Below, one piece after another: positions 1 to 9,275 of a DNA stretch of 32,000 nucleotides. The translations under genes were made by a program, and so were the position numbers. Origin of the DNA: Candidatus Iainarchaeum sp. (GTDB lineage: Archaea; Iainarchaeota; Iainarchaeia; Iainarchaeales; CSSED10-239). Within the stretch, counting starts at the first letter, position 1; the number at the start of each line of letters is the position of its first letter. The notes under the pieces are model-generated. The model worked only from the letters and a program-made list of their open reading frames with translations. It did no database searches and was not told where the DNA came from. Where the stretch lies: NCBI GenBank assembly GCA_028700115.1, contig JAQVTI010000001.1, positions 90,001 to 122,000 on the forward strand, given 5' to 3'.

Positions 1-31
1 TAAAATATATTATTTGTCTAAAATAAAAAAA

Positions 32-1102
32 TTAAACACTATCTATTCCAAAATCAATATTCCCGTTTTTTAAAGATTCAGAATCTTCTAAATAAGGTAT
101 ATTTGCTCCAGCAATTACAACCATAACTTTTACAGTTTTTTTAGATAAATTATCATCAATCATTGCACCCCAAATAATATGTGCATCATCAGAAATTTTA
201 GATGCAACTGTTTCAACAATCATTTCTGCTTCTTTTAATGTTAAATCATTTCCACCTAAAACATTTACAAGTGCTTTTTTAGATGTAGATATATCTATAT
301 CTAATAATGGAGAAGTAAGTGCATTTTCTACAGCTTCCATAGCTCTAACATCATTACCTTTATCTAAAGAACTTTCCCCAACACCAATCATTGCCATTCC
401 ACCTTTTGAAAGTATGGTTCTTAGATCTGCAAAGTCTAAATTAATTATTCCAGCTTTTGTTATAAGTTCTATAATTCCTTTAACTGCTTCTGTTAAAATT
501 TTATCAACTTCTTGAAAAGCTACATTTAAAGGTAAATCTGGTGCAATTTCTAAAATTTTATCATTTGGAATTATTATTAATGTATCTACTTCTTTTTTTA
601 ATTTTTCAAGACCAGACAATGCATTTTCAATTCTTTTTTTACCTTCAACAGCAAAAGGTAAAGTCCCAACCCCAATTGTTAAAGCACCCACAGCTCTTGC
701 TTCTCTTGCAATAACAGGTGCAGCTCCAGTACCTGTTCCTCCTCCAAGTCCACAAGTTACAAAAACCATATCTACATTTTTACAAATATTTTGAATATCT
801 TCTTTTGATTCTTCAGCAGCAGCTTCTCCAACATCAGGATTAGAACCAGCTCCAAGTCCTCTTGTACTTTTTTTCCCAATTAATATTTTTTTATCTGCTT
901 TTGCTTTAATTAAAGCTTGAGCATCTGTATTTAATGCTATTGTTTGTGCACCTTCAACACCAACAGCATTCATTCTTTCTAAAGTATTATTCCCAGAACC
1001 CCCCACTCCAAAAACAAATATTTTTGGAAGAGATGCCTGTAAAAATTCTTCAAGTTCTTTATCTTCATTTTTGTAATTATTTTTAGAGTCCAAAAATTCC
1101 AC
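32..1102 (-). CDS. ftsZ: Cell division protein FtsZ
   Basis: ORF 356 aa; tubulin signature [10 protein letters not shown]; T7-loop region [11 protein letters not shown]; N-terminal [13 protein letters not shown]. Confidence 0.97.
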   Translation of the reverse strand: MEFLDSKNNYKNEDKELEEFLQASLPKIFVFGVGGSGNNTLERMNAVGVEGAQTIALNTDAQALIKAKADKKILIGKKSTRGLGAGSNPDVGEAAAEESKEDIQNICKNVDMVFVTCGLGGGTGTGAAPVIAREARAVGALTIGVGTLPFAVEGKKRIENALSGLEKLKKEVDTLIIIPNDKILEIAPDLPLNVAFQEVDKILTEAVKGIIELITKAGIINLDFADLRTILSKGGMAMIGVGESSLDKGNDVRAMEAVENALTSPLLDIDISTSKKALVNVLGGNDLTLKEAEMIVETVASKISDDAHIIWGAMIDDNLSKKTVKVMVVIAGANIPYLEDSESLKNGNIDFGIDSV

Positions 1103-1230
1103 CTCAAATATAAAAGTTATAAATATAATATATAATAAATATATATAAAAAGAAGTTTATATAAATAAATAAGTTAAGAAACCTTTAAATAGGAATCTAT
1201 TAACCATAAATTTATTAAAAAGGTGTTAAA

Positions 1231-2133
1231 ATGATAGATAAAGATGTTAAAAAAATTGCTTTAGATATAAAATCAATAAAAATACAAGGTGCAAGTAATA
1301 TTGAAAAAGAAGCAATAAAAATTATTTTAAAATATATTAAAAAAAAAGAAAATATAAAAGAAACACAAATAATTGAATTAAAAGAAAATATAAATCTATT
1401 AATTAATCAAAGACCAAATGAACCAAAATTAAGAAATGCATTAAATTATATATTATATAAAGCAAATATGTACAAATATGAGAATAATAATAAAAAATTA
1501 ATAAATGATATAGAAAAATATGAAACAAAAATAGAAGAATATAATATTAAAGTTTGTGAAATTGCATCAAATCTAATACAAGACGGCACACAAATATTAA
1601 CACATTGTCATTCAAGTTTAGTTGAAAAAACTTTAAAAATAGCTTATGACAAAAAAATTGATTTTCAAGTAATAACAACAGAAACAAGACCAAGATATCA
1701 AGGTAGAATTACTGCTAAAAATTTATGTGATTATGGAATAAACACAACCCAAATTGTAGACTCTGCAGTAGGGCATTTTCTTAAAAAATGTGATTATTTT
1801 TTAACAGGTTCAGATGTTATTTTTTCAGATGGGACAATCATGAATAAAGTTGGAACATATCCAATTTCTATTATGGCAAATTATTTCAAAACTCCTCATA
1901 TAATAATAACTACAACAAATTGTTGCGAATTAAATGATTTAAAAAATATAAAAGAAGAAATAGAAGAAAGAGATTCTAATGAAATTTGGAATGAAAAAGA
2001 AAGGCCAAAAAATCTAAAAATAAAAAATCCTGCATTTGATATAATCCCAAATGAATTAATAGATAAAATAATTACAGAAAGAGGAGTTTATTCCCCAGAA
2101 AGTTTATATGCTTGGGTAAATAATTTAAAATAA
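1231..2133 (+). CDS. Ribose-1,5-bisphosphate isomerase / aIF2B-like family protein
   Basis: ORF 300 aa; THCHS, TETRPRYQGRITA, VDSAVGHF, GSDVI, NKVGT, NPAFDIIPNELIDKIITERG motifs of the eIF2B/R15P isomerase family; SD-like GGTG upstream. Confidence 0.85.
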   Translation: MIDKDVKKIALDIKSIKIQGASNIEKEAIKIILKYIKKKENIKETQIIELKENINLLINQRPNEPKLRNALNYILYKANMYKYENNNKKLINDIEKYETKIEEYNIKVCEIASNLIQDGTQILTHCHSSLVEKTLKIAYDKKIDFQVITTETRPRYQGRITAKNLCDYGINTTQIVDSAVGHFLKKCDYFLTGSDVIFSDGTIMNKVGTYPISIMANYFKTPHIIITTTNCCELNDLKNIKEEIEERDSNEIWNEKERPKNLKIKNPAFDIIPNELIDKIITERGVYSPESLYAWVNNLK

Positions 2134-2138
2134 AATTA

Positions 2139-4562
2139 TTAAAAAAATTGATTTAAACCAGTTTGTTTTTTTCCAGTAAGTAAAATATCTTTTGTTATTT
2201 TAAAAACTTCTAAAATAGATAACACTGCTGGAAGTAATTGATGATCTAAATAATAATCATAATCATAAATTGTATTTTTATCTAAAATTTCATACAAAAA
2301 AGCTCTTTGAGAAATTGTTTTCAAATTAGGATTAAAAATTATAATATATTCTACAACATTTTTATTATCTACAACAAACCCTTCTTTTTTTGCATTTTCT
2401 AATGCAGACATTGCAGGGGTAATAGTTTTATAATTAGAAGCTTTTTTATGAACAAAAGAAGAAATAATTAATTCTTCTAAAGGAATATTATGATTTTTTA
2501 AATCTTCAATAGATTTTTTTACAAAAGAAATTGCTTTTTTATAATCTTTATCTTTTAAAATTAATTCTAATACTTTTTTTTGAGTTTTTTTAACAAAAAG
2601 ACACCAATCTCTTCTTACAAATTCAAATCCTTTTATTTTAAATTCATCTTTTTCTTTTTTATATAATGCATATTTTTTTTTCGCAACTTTCATACCATCT
2701 CTAGATAATACAAAAATTCCTCTATCAAATAAATCTTCAAGTTCTAAAGACATTGAAGTTGGAAGATTTAAATTGATATTTTGTAAATCTTCTTTAAATT
2801 TTGGCAAATTATTATATTTTATAAAACAAGAATCTGTGTCAGAATAAATTACAACATAACCCATATTTTCAAAAGATTTTATAGTTTCTTGAATTTTTGT
2901 TCTAACAAGATGATACATTATATTTAAACAATCTTTACAATACCATCTAGCACCAGCAAAACCCATATATCCATATGTAGAGGCTAGAAGAATTTTTAAA
3001 GCATATTGTTTTGCATAAATATTTTTATATTCAATTGAATCTTTTGATATATTTTTTAATTGATTTTTAAGAGGAATTCTAATATTTAATAAATCTTCTA
3101 AAAGTAAAGGTACAAAACCTTTTTGATCTCTACAAATTTTTTGACCAATAATTTCTATAAAATTATTACATTCTTTTACATTTATTGTATCAGGAGATAT
3201 ATTATATGCAATTATAATAGAAATATGATAACTTCTAAAATCCACAACTGCTATATTTTCAGAAATACCTCCAATTGGATCTTTTACAAAAGCACCTGTA
3301 AAAGTATATTTATATCTTTGAGAAATTTCATATGCAGATGGTTTATTTGGAATAATTTTATTTTTAGAAAAATAATATTTTATAAACCATTTTTCAACCA
3401 TATTACCTGAAGAAATATTAAGAACATCTATTAAAGGAATTGTAATTAATTTAGAAATTTCAATAATTATACCTATATAATTTATTCCTAAAAAAGAAGT
3501 TGCAAGACAATCGTCTATATTATAATCTATTATTCTTTTATAATTATTTAAATTATAACAATTAATCATTTCTTTTACTAATAAAACATCTTTTTTTTTA
3601 GAAGTAATAGACTCATAAACAGAAGTTAAATCCATTTTTGAAAAATTAAATATTTGTAGATAATTTAAAAGCCTAATTAAAATATATACATCTATATGTA
3701 AAATACCATCTATAAAAGAATATAATCTAGATTTCTTTAAAAAAGATATTCTTCTAGTTCCAATCATAAGTTCTTTTTTTGTTAAAAATTTATATCTTTT
3801 ATATAAATAATCAAAATCAAAATAAGAACCATTATATGTAAAAATTATGTCTGGATCTTTATTATAAATAAAATCACTTGCATTTTTTATTAAATCAATT
3901 TCATTTTCAAAATAGAAGATATTTTGTAAATTTTTAGTATCTACATTTTTCTTTTTTAAAAAAAAAGAAAAAGAATTATTTAAATTATCTAAAAATGAAA
4001 TTGAAATAATTTTATTTTTATCAAATGTTGGAAAATTTAAATTATCTGATAAAACTTCAATATCTAAACTAAGAGTTGTTAAATCTTCTAAACTTAGATA
4101 AGAATCATCACTTTTTAAAGAAAATATTTTTTTAGAAGAATCTGTTGAAAATATGATTTTTTTAAAGTTTGATAAATTTAAATCTATAAAAAATCTTTCT
4201 AAAAAAGAAATATCATATTCATGTAAACTAAAATTAAAATTTATTTCTAAAGCATGTTTTTGAAGATGAGCTTTTGCTTCTATTAAAAAAGATACATTTT
4301 CAAAAAGTAATTTATAAATATACAAAAAGTTTTCTTTTTTAACTTTTATAATTTCAATAATCCCTTTTAAATTTTTAGAAATAAATAAAATATCTTCATT
4401 AGATAACTCATATTCTGTAGATATATAAAAATAAGGATTAAAAAAAACTATTTTATATTCTTCTTTTTTTAAACCTTCTTTTACACATATAAATAATTCT
4501 AAGTCTTTATAATAAGCATCAAGCAGATATCCACTTTTTAATATTAATTCTGAATTATTCAT
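2139..4562 (-). CDS. polB: Family B DNA polymerase with 3'-5' exonuclease
   Basis: ORF 807 aa; ExoI LSLDIE, ExoII YNGSYFDF, ExoIII YNIDD; motif C YSDTDSCF; C-terminal QTGLNQFF (PIP-box). Confidence 0.95.
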   Translation of the reverse strand: MNNSELILKSGYLLDAYYKDLELFICVKEGLKKEEYKIVFFNPYFYISTEYELSNEDILFISKNLKGIIEIIKVKKENFLYIYKLLFENVSFLIEAKAHLQKHALEINFNFSLHEYDISFLERFFIDLNLSNFKKIIFSTDSSKKIFSLKSDDSYLSLEDLTTLSLDIEVLSDNLNFPTFDKNKIISISFLDNLNNSFSFFLKKKNVDTKNLQNIFYFENEIDLIKNASDFIYNKDPDIIFTYNGSYFDFDYLYKRYKFLTKKELMIGTRRISFLKKSRLYSFIDGILHIDVYILIRLLNYLQIFNFSKMDLTSVYESITSKKKDVLLVKEMINCYNLNNYKRIIDYNIDDCLATSFLGINYIGIIIEISKLITIPLIDVLNISSGNMVEKWFIKYYFSKNKIIPNKPSAYEISQRYKYTFTGAFVKDPIGGISENIAVVDFRSYHISIIIAYNISPDTINVKECNNFIEIIGQKICRDQKGFVPLLLEDLLNIRIPLKNQLKNISKDSIEYKNIYAKQYALKILLASTYGYMGFAGARWYCKDCLNIMYHLVRTKIQETIKSFENMGYVVIYSDTDSCFIKYNNLPKFKEDLQNINLNLPTSMSLELEDLFDRGIFVLSRDGMKVAKKKYALYKKEKDEFKIKGFEFVRRDWCLFVKKTQKKVLELILKDKDYKKAISFVKKSIEDLKNHNIPLEELIISSFVHKKASNYKTITPAMSALENAKKEGFVVDNKNVVEYIIIFNPNLKTISQRAFLYEILDKNTIYDYDYYLDHQLLPAVLSILEVFKITKDILLTGKKQTGLNQFF

Positions 4563-4625
4563 ATAAATATATAATATATAAAAACATTAATATAGTAAAT
4601 CTAAAAATAAATCTAAAAAATAAAT

Positions 4626-5282
4626 CTAGAAAACTAGATTTATAAGATATAAAACTACAAAAACTACAATTGTAAGAATTATATTTATTTCAATATTTTT
4701 ATATTTAAACATATTTCTTACAAGATGATAAATTAATGCAATTAAATAATAAATTAAAAATACTCCAATAATAAATAACAAAATAAAAGAAATTATTGTT
4801 CCAAATCCAGATAAACTTAAAGCAGTAGAACTATATGCATTTAAAGGATTAACAATAACTGATTTTAAAAAAGTAATTAAATTTGGAGAAAAAATTACAA
4901 CTACTAAAAAACTTAAAAGAGTAGAAATAATATGAATAATTTTAAAAGATGCAAGCCCTGAAAGTATTTTTTTTAAGGAATTTTTTTCAACATTATTTTT
5001 TCCTTTTATTAAATATAATAAAACAAATAAAATAACACCTGTAATTAACCAATTAAAAACTAAATTATCTAATAACTGTAATAAAAAATATTTAATAGAA
5101 GAAATACCATAAACCATAAAAATAATACTTTCTATCAACACAGATATAATAATTACAACTATTGCAGTTTTTAAACTAACAGATTCATAAAATTTATTCA
5201 TTAAACATTTTGGAGAAAGTCTTGTTGGTTCTCTAAAATCATTTACTAAACTTTTTTTCTTTTTAACCATTTTTAATCCCAT
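4626..5282 (-). CDS. Multi-pass membrane protein, Yip1-domain-like
   Basis: ORF 218 aa; about five hydrophobic segments and overall layout resembling Yip1 family proteins. Confidence 0.6.
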   Translation of the reverse strand: MGLKMVKKKKSLVNDFREPTRLSPKCLMNKFYESVSLKTAIVVIIISVLIESIIFMVYGISSIKYFLLQLLDNLVFNWLITGVILFVLLYLIKGKNNVEKNSLKKILSGLASFKIIHIISTLLSFLVVVIFSPNLITFLKSVIVNPLNAYSSTALSLSGFGTIISFILLFIIGVFLIYYLIALIYHLVRNMFKYKNIEINIILTIVVFVVLYLINLVF

Positions 5283-5534
5283 TTATAATCAAATAAATAT
5301 TCTTAATATTATAAAAAAATATTAAATTTATTAAATAATATATTTTTTATATATTTATTATAAAACATAAGGTTTATTTATGTTTCTATAAAATAAAATT
5401 TTTAAAAAAAAACAATTAATATTTAAAAATATATAAAAACAACATATAGATAGGTTTTTAATAAGTATTTATAATAATTATTTATAAATAGCTATTTTTT
5501 AGTAGAAATTTAAACTTAAAACAAAGGTGAAAAA

Positions 5535-5936
5535 ATGTCAGAAGTAGAATTTAAATTTGGACAAGCAGGACAATTAAAAATCGGTGGATTTGTAATTATT
5601 GATGATGTTGTATGTAAAATAGACACAGTAGATAAATCAAAACCAGGAAAACATGGAGCTGCAAAAATAAGAATTACTGCAACAGGTGTATTTAATGGTA
5701 AAAAAATGAATTTATTAAAACCAGGAGATGCAGATGTAAAAATTCCTGTATTAGAAAAAGGAAATGCACAAATTATTGCCGATTTAGGAGAAAAATATCA
5801 AATAATGGATGCAAACAATTATCAAACATATGAAGTTGATAAAAGAGATTTTAAAGATTTAAATGCAGGAGATAATGTTGAATATACAAAATCAGGGATT
5901 TTAGTTAAAATTGTAAGAAAAAAGGCAGATAATTAA
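5535..5936 (+). CDS. eif5A: Translation initiation factor aIF5A
   Basis: ORF 133 aa; hypusination loop SKPGKHGAAK; SD-like AGGTG upstream. Confidence 0.95.
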   Translation: MSEVEFKFGQAGQLKIGGFVIIDDVVCKIDTVDKSKPGKHGAAKIRITATGVFNGKKMNLLKPGDADVKIPVLEKGNAQIIADLGEKYQIMDANNYQTYEVDKRDFKDLNAGDNVEYTKSGILVKIVRKKADN

Positions 5937-5949
5937 TTTTTGCCTTTTT
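5918..5949 (+). terminator. Hairpin overlapping the aIF5A stop codon (AAAAAGGCA ... TGCCTTTTT)
   Basis: 9-bp perfect inverted repeat 5919-5927 / 5941-5949, 13-nt loop, T-run in the 3' arm, between convergent aIF5A and metG. Confidence 0.45.
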
Positions 5950-5987
5950 AAATTAATTTTAATATTTAAAATAAACTTTTTAAAAAA

Positions 5988-7502
5988 TTAATTATCTATT
6001 TTCTCAAAAAGATGATTTCCTTTTATAATTTTCTTTTTAGAACAAATATTAGTAAATTCTAATTTTAAATTAGCTTTGTTTTCAAAATCAATCCCTAATT
6101 GATATAAAATTTTTTTCCAAGAATTTGTTAAAATAGGAGATAATTCAACTGCTATTATTCTAATTGTTTCTAAAAGAACATAAATTACTTTATCAAATTC
6201 GTCTACATTTTCTTTTAATAAAACCCAAGGCTCTTTATCTTGAACATATTTATTAGCAATAGAAGAAAGTGTAAATATTTCTGAAACAACTTTTGTAAGT
6301 TCTTTTGATTGATATAAAGAATGTATTAACTCTATTTTTTGTTCTACAATTTTTACAAATATTTCATCTTTATAAAATTCAAATCCTTCTTCTTTATTTC
6401 TTTTAATAGCAAGAGATGTTACTCTTGAAACTAAATTACCTATATTTGCAACAAGATCAGTATTAATTCTATCTATAAAATTAGATTTATAAAAAGAACC
6501 ATCTTCTCCAAAAGAAATTTCTCTTAAAACATAATATCTAAAAGCATCTACACCATATTTATCAATATAATCTTGAACATAAACTACATTCCCAAAAGAC
6601 TTAGACATCTTTTTACCTTCACTAGTCCACCATCCATGCGCAAATTCTATTTTAGGGATTTCTAAATCAACAGATTTTAGAAAAATTGGCCAATAAACTG
6701 TATGAAATCTATATATTTCTTTTCCCATAAGTTGAAAATCTACAGGCCAATATTTTTTAAAGTTATCTGAATCTGGATATCCTAAAGCACTAACATAATT
6801 AAATAATGCATCCAACCAAACATAAATTGTAAAATTATTATCAAAAGGTAATTTAATCCCCCAAGTCACATTTTTTCTAGAAATACATAAATCATCTAAT
6901 CCATTTTTAACAAAATTTATAATTTCATTTTTTCTTTTGTCTGGTTTTAAAAAAGAAGGATTTTTATTATAAAAATCTAATAAAAAATCTTGATATTTAT
7001 TTAATTTAAAAAAATAGGCTTCTTCTTTTTCTAAAAAAACATCATGTCCTTCTGGACATTTATTATTAATAATATCTTTATCTGTATAAAATGCTTCACA
7101 AGATTTACAATAATAACCTTCATAAAAACCTTTATAAATATCTCCTTTATTTTTCATAATATTAATAATTTTAGTTACAGTATCTATATGATTTTTATCT
7201 GTAGTTCTAATAAAATAATCATAAGAAATATTTAATTCTTTCCAAAGGGATTTAACATTAATATATATGTCTTCTAAAAAAGATTCAATAGACATATTTT
7301 TTTCTAAAGCAGCATGCTGTATTTTTAAACCATGCTCATCTGTTCCTGTTAGAAAAAAAACATCTGATCCTAAAAGTCTATAATATCTTGCAAAACAATC
7401 TGCAACTATAGTTGTATATGCATGACCAAGATGTAATTTCCCATTTAAATAATAAATAGGTGTTGTTATATAAAATTTTTTAGGAATATCTAATTTAATC
7501 AT
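5988..7502 (-). CDS. metG: Methionyl-tRNA synthetase (bacterial-type, without C-terminal tRNA-binding domain)
   Basis: ORF 504 aa; YYLNGKLHLGHAYT (HIGH region), KMSKS, YCKSC/CPEGH knuckle. Confidence 0.95.
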   Translation of the reverse strand: MIKLDIPKKFYITTPIYYLNGKLHLGHAYTTIVADCFARYYRLLGSDVFFLTGTDEHGLKIQHAALEKNMSIESFLEDIYINVKSLWKELNISYDYFIRTTDKNHIDTVTKIINIMKNKGDIYKGFYEGYYCKSCEAFYTDKDIINNKCPEGHDVFLEKEEAYFFKLNKYQDFLLDFYNKNPSFLKPDKRKNEIINFVKNGLDDLCISRKNVTWGIKLPFDNNFTIYVWLDALFNYVSALGYPDSDNFKKYWPVDFQLMGKEIYRFHTVYWPIFLKSVDLEIPKIEFAHGWWTSEGKKMSKSFGNVVYVQDYIDKYGVDAFRYYVLREISFGEDGSFYKSNFIDRINTDLVANIGNLVSRVTSLAIKRNKEEGFEFYKDEIFVKIVEQKIELIHSLYQSKELTKVVSEIFTLSSIANKYVQDKEPWVLLKENVDEFDKVIYVLLETIRIIAVELSPILTNSWKKILYQLGIDFENKANLKLEFTNICSKKKIIKGNHLFEKIDN

Positions 7503-7600
7503 TTTATTTCACATCCTATAAATATTTAAAATAAAACAATTTAAAAAATAGTTTTATTTTAAAAAAATCAAAAAAAAGGTATAATTTTTTTTTAAAAAAA

Positions 7601-9250
7601 TTATATAAATATTTCAAATCCACAAACAGGATTAGTATAATTATTATTAATTAAAACATCTGGTAAAAATTCACCAATAAAACCAACAATTTTATCATCA
7701 ATAATAACTTCTGCACTTCTTCCAGAAATAAAAAATTCTAAATCTTTTTTTCTAAGTTCTAATTTCTTTCCTAAAATATTACACAAACTATATAAAACAC
7801 TAGAAATTTCCGTAAAAGAAATAATATTATTTGCAATAACTGCTGATAATTTTAAAACAGTTTTAGAAAGTATATCACTTTTATTATCTGAAATTACAAC
7901 ATAATCACAAACAAATATTTTTTGTGGAAAAAACTTATGTTGATTATTTATTAAAATTTTAAATAATTTAGGGATATACCAACTATTTATTATATTTAAA
8001 GAATTTTCTGCACTAAAACCTAAACTAATATAATCAGTTTTATTTAGATTAAAATTTTCAAAAGACTCTTTTTTAGAACCTAAAATTAAAGGCATAACTT
8101 CAATAAAACCCATAGTAGTCATAATTCTAATTATATCTTCTTGTAAAATACTTTCATCTAATCTTTCAGAGATACTTACTACTTTTGCATTTGTAGGAAT
8201 TATTTTTGAAAATGTATATGCTCTTGCAATATCATCACAAAGATCATTTATATGCAAAACATCTGTTCTAAAACCAATTATAATAACTTCTATTTTTTTA
8301 TTATCTATAATTTTACAATCATACATCATTTTTTCTAAAAAAAATTTCATTTTTTCTACAGAAATATCAATTCCTATTAAATTTTTAACATCATCTACAG
8401 AAATAACCATTTTATTAAAATCATTATTTGGAGATAAAATAGTATTGTCAGGATATTTTATTTCTAAAGAATATATTTCTCCACCCATATCTGAAAATAA
8501 AGCTGTAAAGATATTTATTACATGATTTAATTTATGCAAACTTTTACCTGTACATTCTATAAAAAGATCTTTTGTATTAAAATCTACTTTACCAGTATCT
8601 TTTGAATTAATAATTGGAGGCATAGATAAAAATTTATTATTAGAATCTAAAAAACAAAGATATTTATCTTTCCCTTCTAAAAGAGAATTATATGTAATTC
8701 CTGCTGGATGTTTTTTAATAATTTCAAAACCATCAAGTTCTTTATCAAAACCAAGTGGGGTAAATTTTATTTCTTTAGGATTAAGCGCACAAAAAGTGAT
8801 AGGAAATTGAATTTTATCTAAAGGATACACCCCTATAGCAACAGTTTTTCTTTTTCTACCATATGTTAAATGAATTTTTTCTTGTATATTTATAATTTCT
8901 TTAATTTTTGAATCATCTAAAGATAATTTCTTAACAACTAGACAAAGTGTGTAATTTCCATAATCTCTTGCAGATTGTAAAACATTTACAACCAAATTAC
9001 TTTTTTTAATATTTGGAAAAGTATATTTTTCAACATTAATATATGATTTTAATGCTCTTAAAAGACCATAATATGATAAAAGATCTGTTCTTTCAGCAGT
9101 AATTTCTATTTTTAAAATATCTTCTAAAGAATTATAAGAATCTATTTCTAAACCAAAATCAAAAAGAATTTCTTCAAGTAAAGAAATTGTTAAATCTTTT
9201 ATATTTAAATCATTTTTTAATTTTTCAAAACTAATATCTATTGTAGCCAT
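7601..9250 (-). CDS. pheT: Phenylalanyl-tRNA synthetase beta subunit (archaeal/eukaryotic type)
   Basis: ORF 549 aa; downstream of pheS; HPAGITYNSLL, TERTDLLSYYGLLRALKSY, DVLHINDLCDDIARAY segments. Confidence 0.92.
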   Translation of the reverse strand: MATIDISFEKLKNDLNIKDLTISLLEEILFDFGLEIDSYNSLEDILKIEITAERTDLLSYYGLLRALKSYINVEKYTFPNIKKSNLVVNVLQSARDYGNYTLCLVVKKLSLDDSKIKEIINIQEKIHLTYGRKRKTVAIGVYPLDKIQFPITFCALNPKEIKFTPLGFDKELDGFEIIKKHPAGITYNSLLEGKDKYLCFLDSNNKFLSMPPIINSKDTGKVDFNTKDLFIECTGKSLHKLNHVINIFTALFSDMGGEIYSLEIKYPDNTILSPNNDFNKMVISVDDVKNLIGIDISVEKMKFFLEKMMYDCKIIDNKKIEVIIIGFRTDVLHINDLCDDIARAYTFSKIIPTNAKVVSISERLDESILQEDIIRIMTTMGFIEVMPLILGSKKESFENFNLNKTDYISLGFSAENSLNIINSWYIPKLFKILINNQHKFFPQKIFVCDYVVISDNKSDILSKTVLKLSAVIANNIISFTEISSVLYSLCNILGKKLELRKKDLEFFISGRSAEVIIDDKIVGFIGEFLPDVLINNNYTNPVCGFEIFI

Positions 9251-9275
9251 AATATTTCCTTATTTTAATAAATTA

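Noticed and set aside
3123-3410. 95-aa plus-strand ORF inside polB
   Set aside because: Antisense to the conserved polymerase catalytic region; no independent support.
5283-5534. Short ORF-like ATG after TAAGG in the aIF5A upstream gap
   Set aside because: It meets a stop codon almost immediately; the region is better explained as divergent promoters.
7044-7235. 63-aa plus-strand ORF within metG
   Set aside because: Antisense and low complexity.
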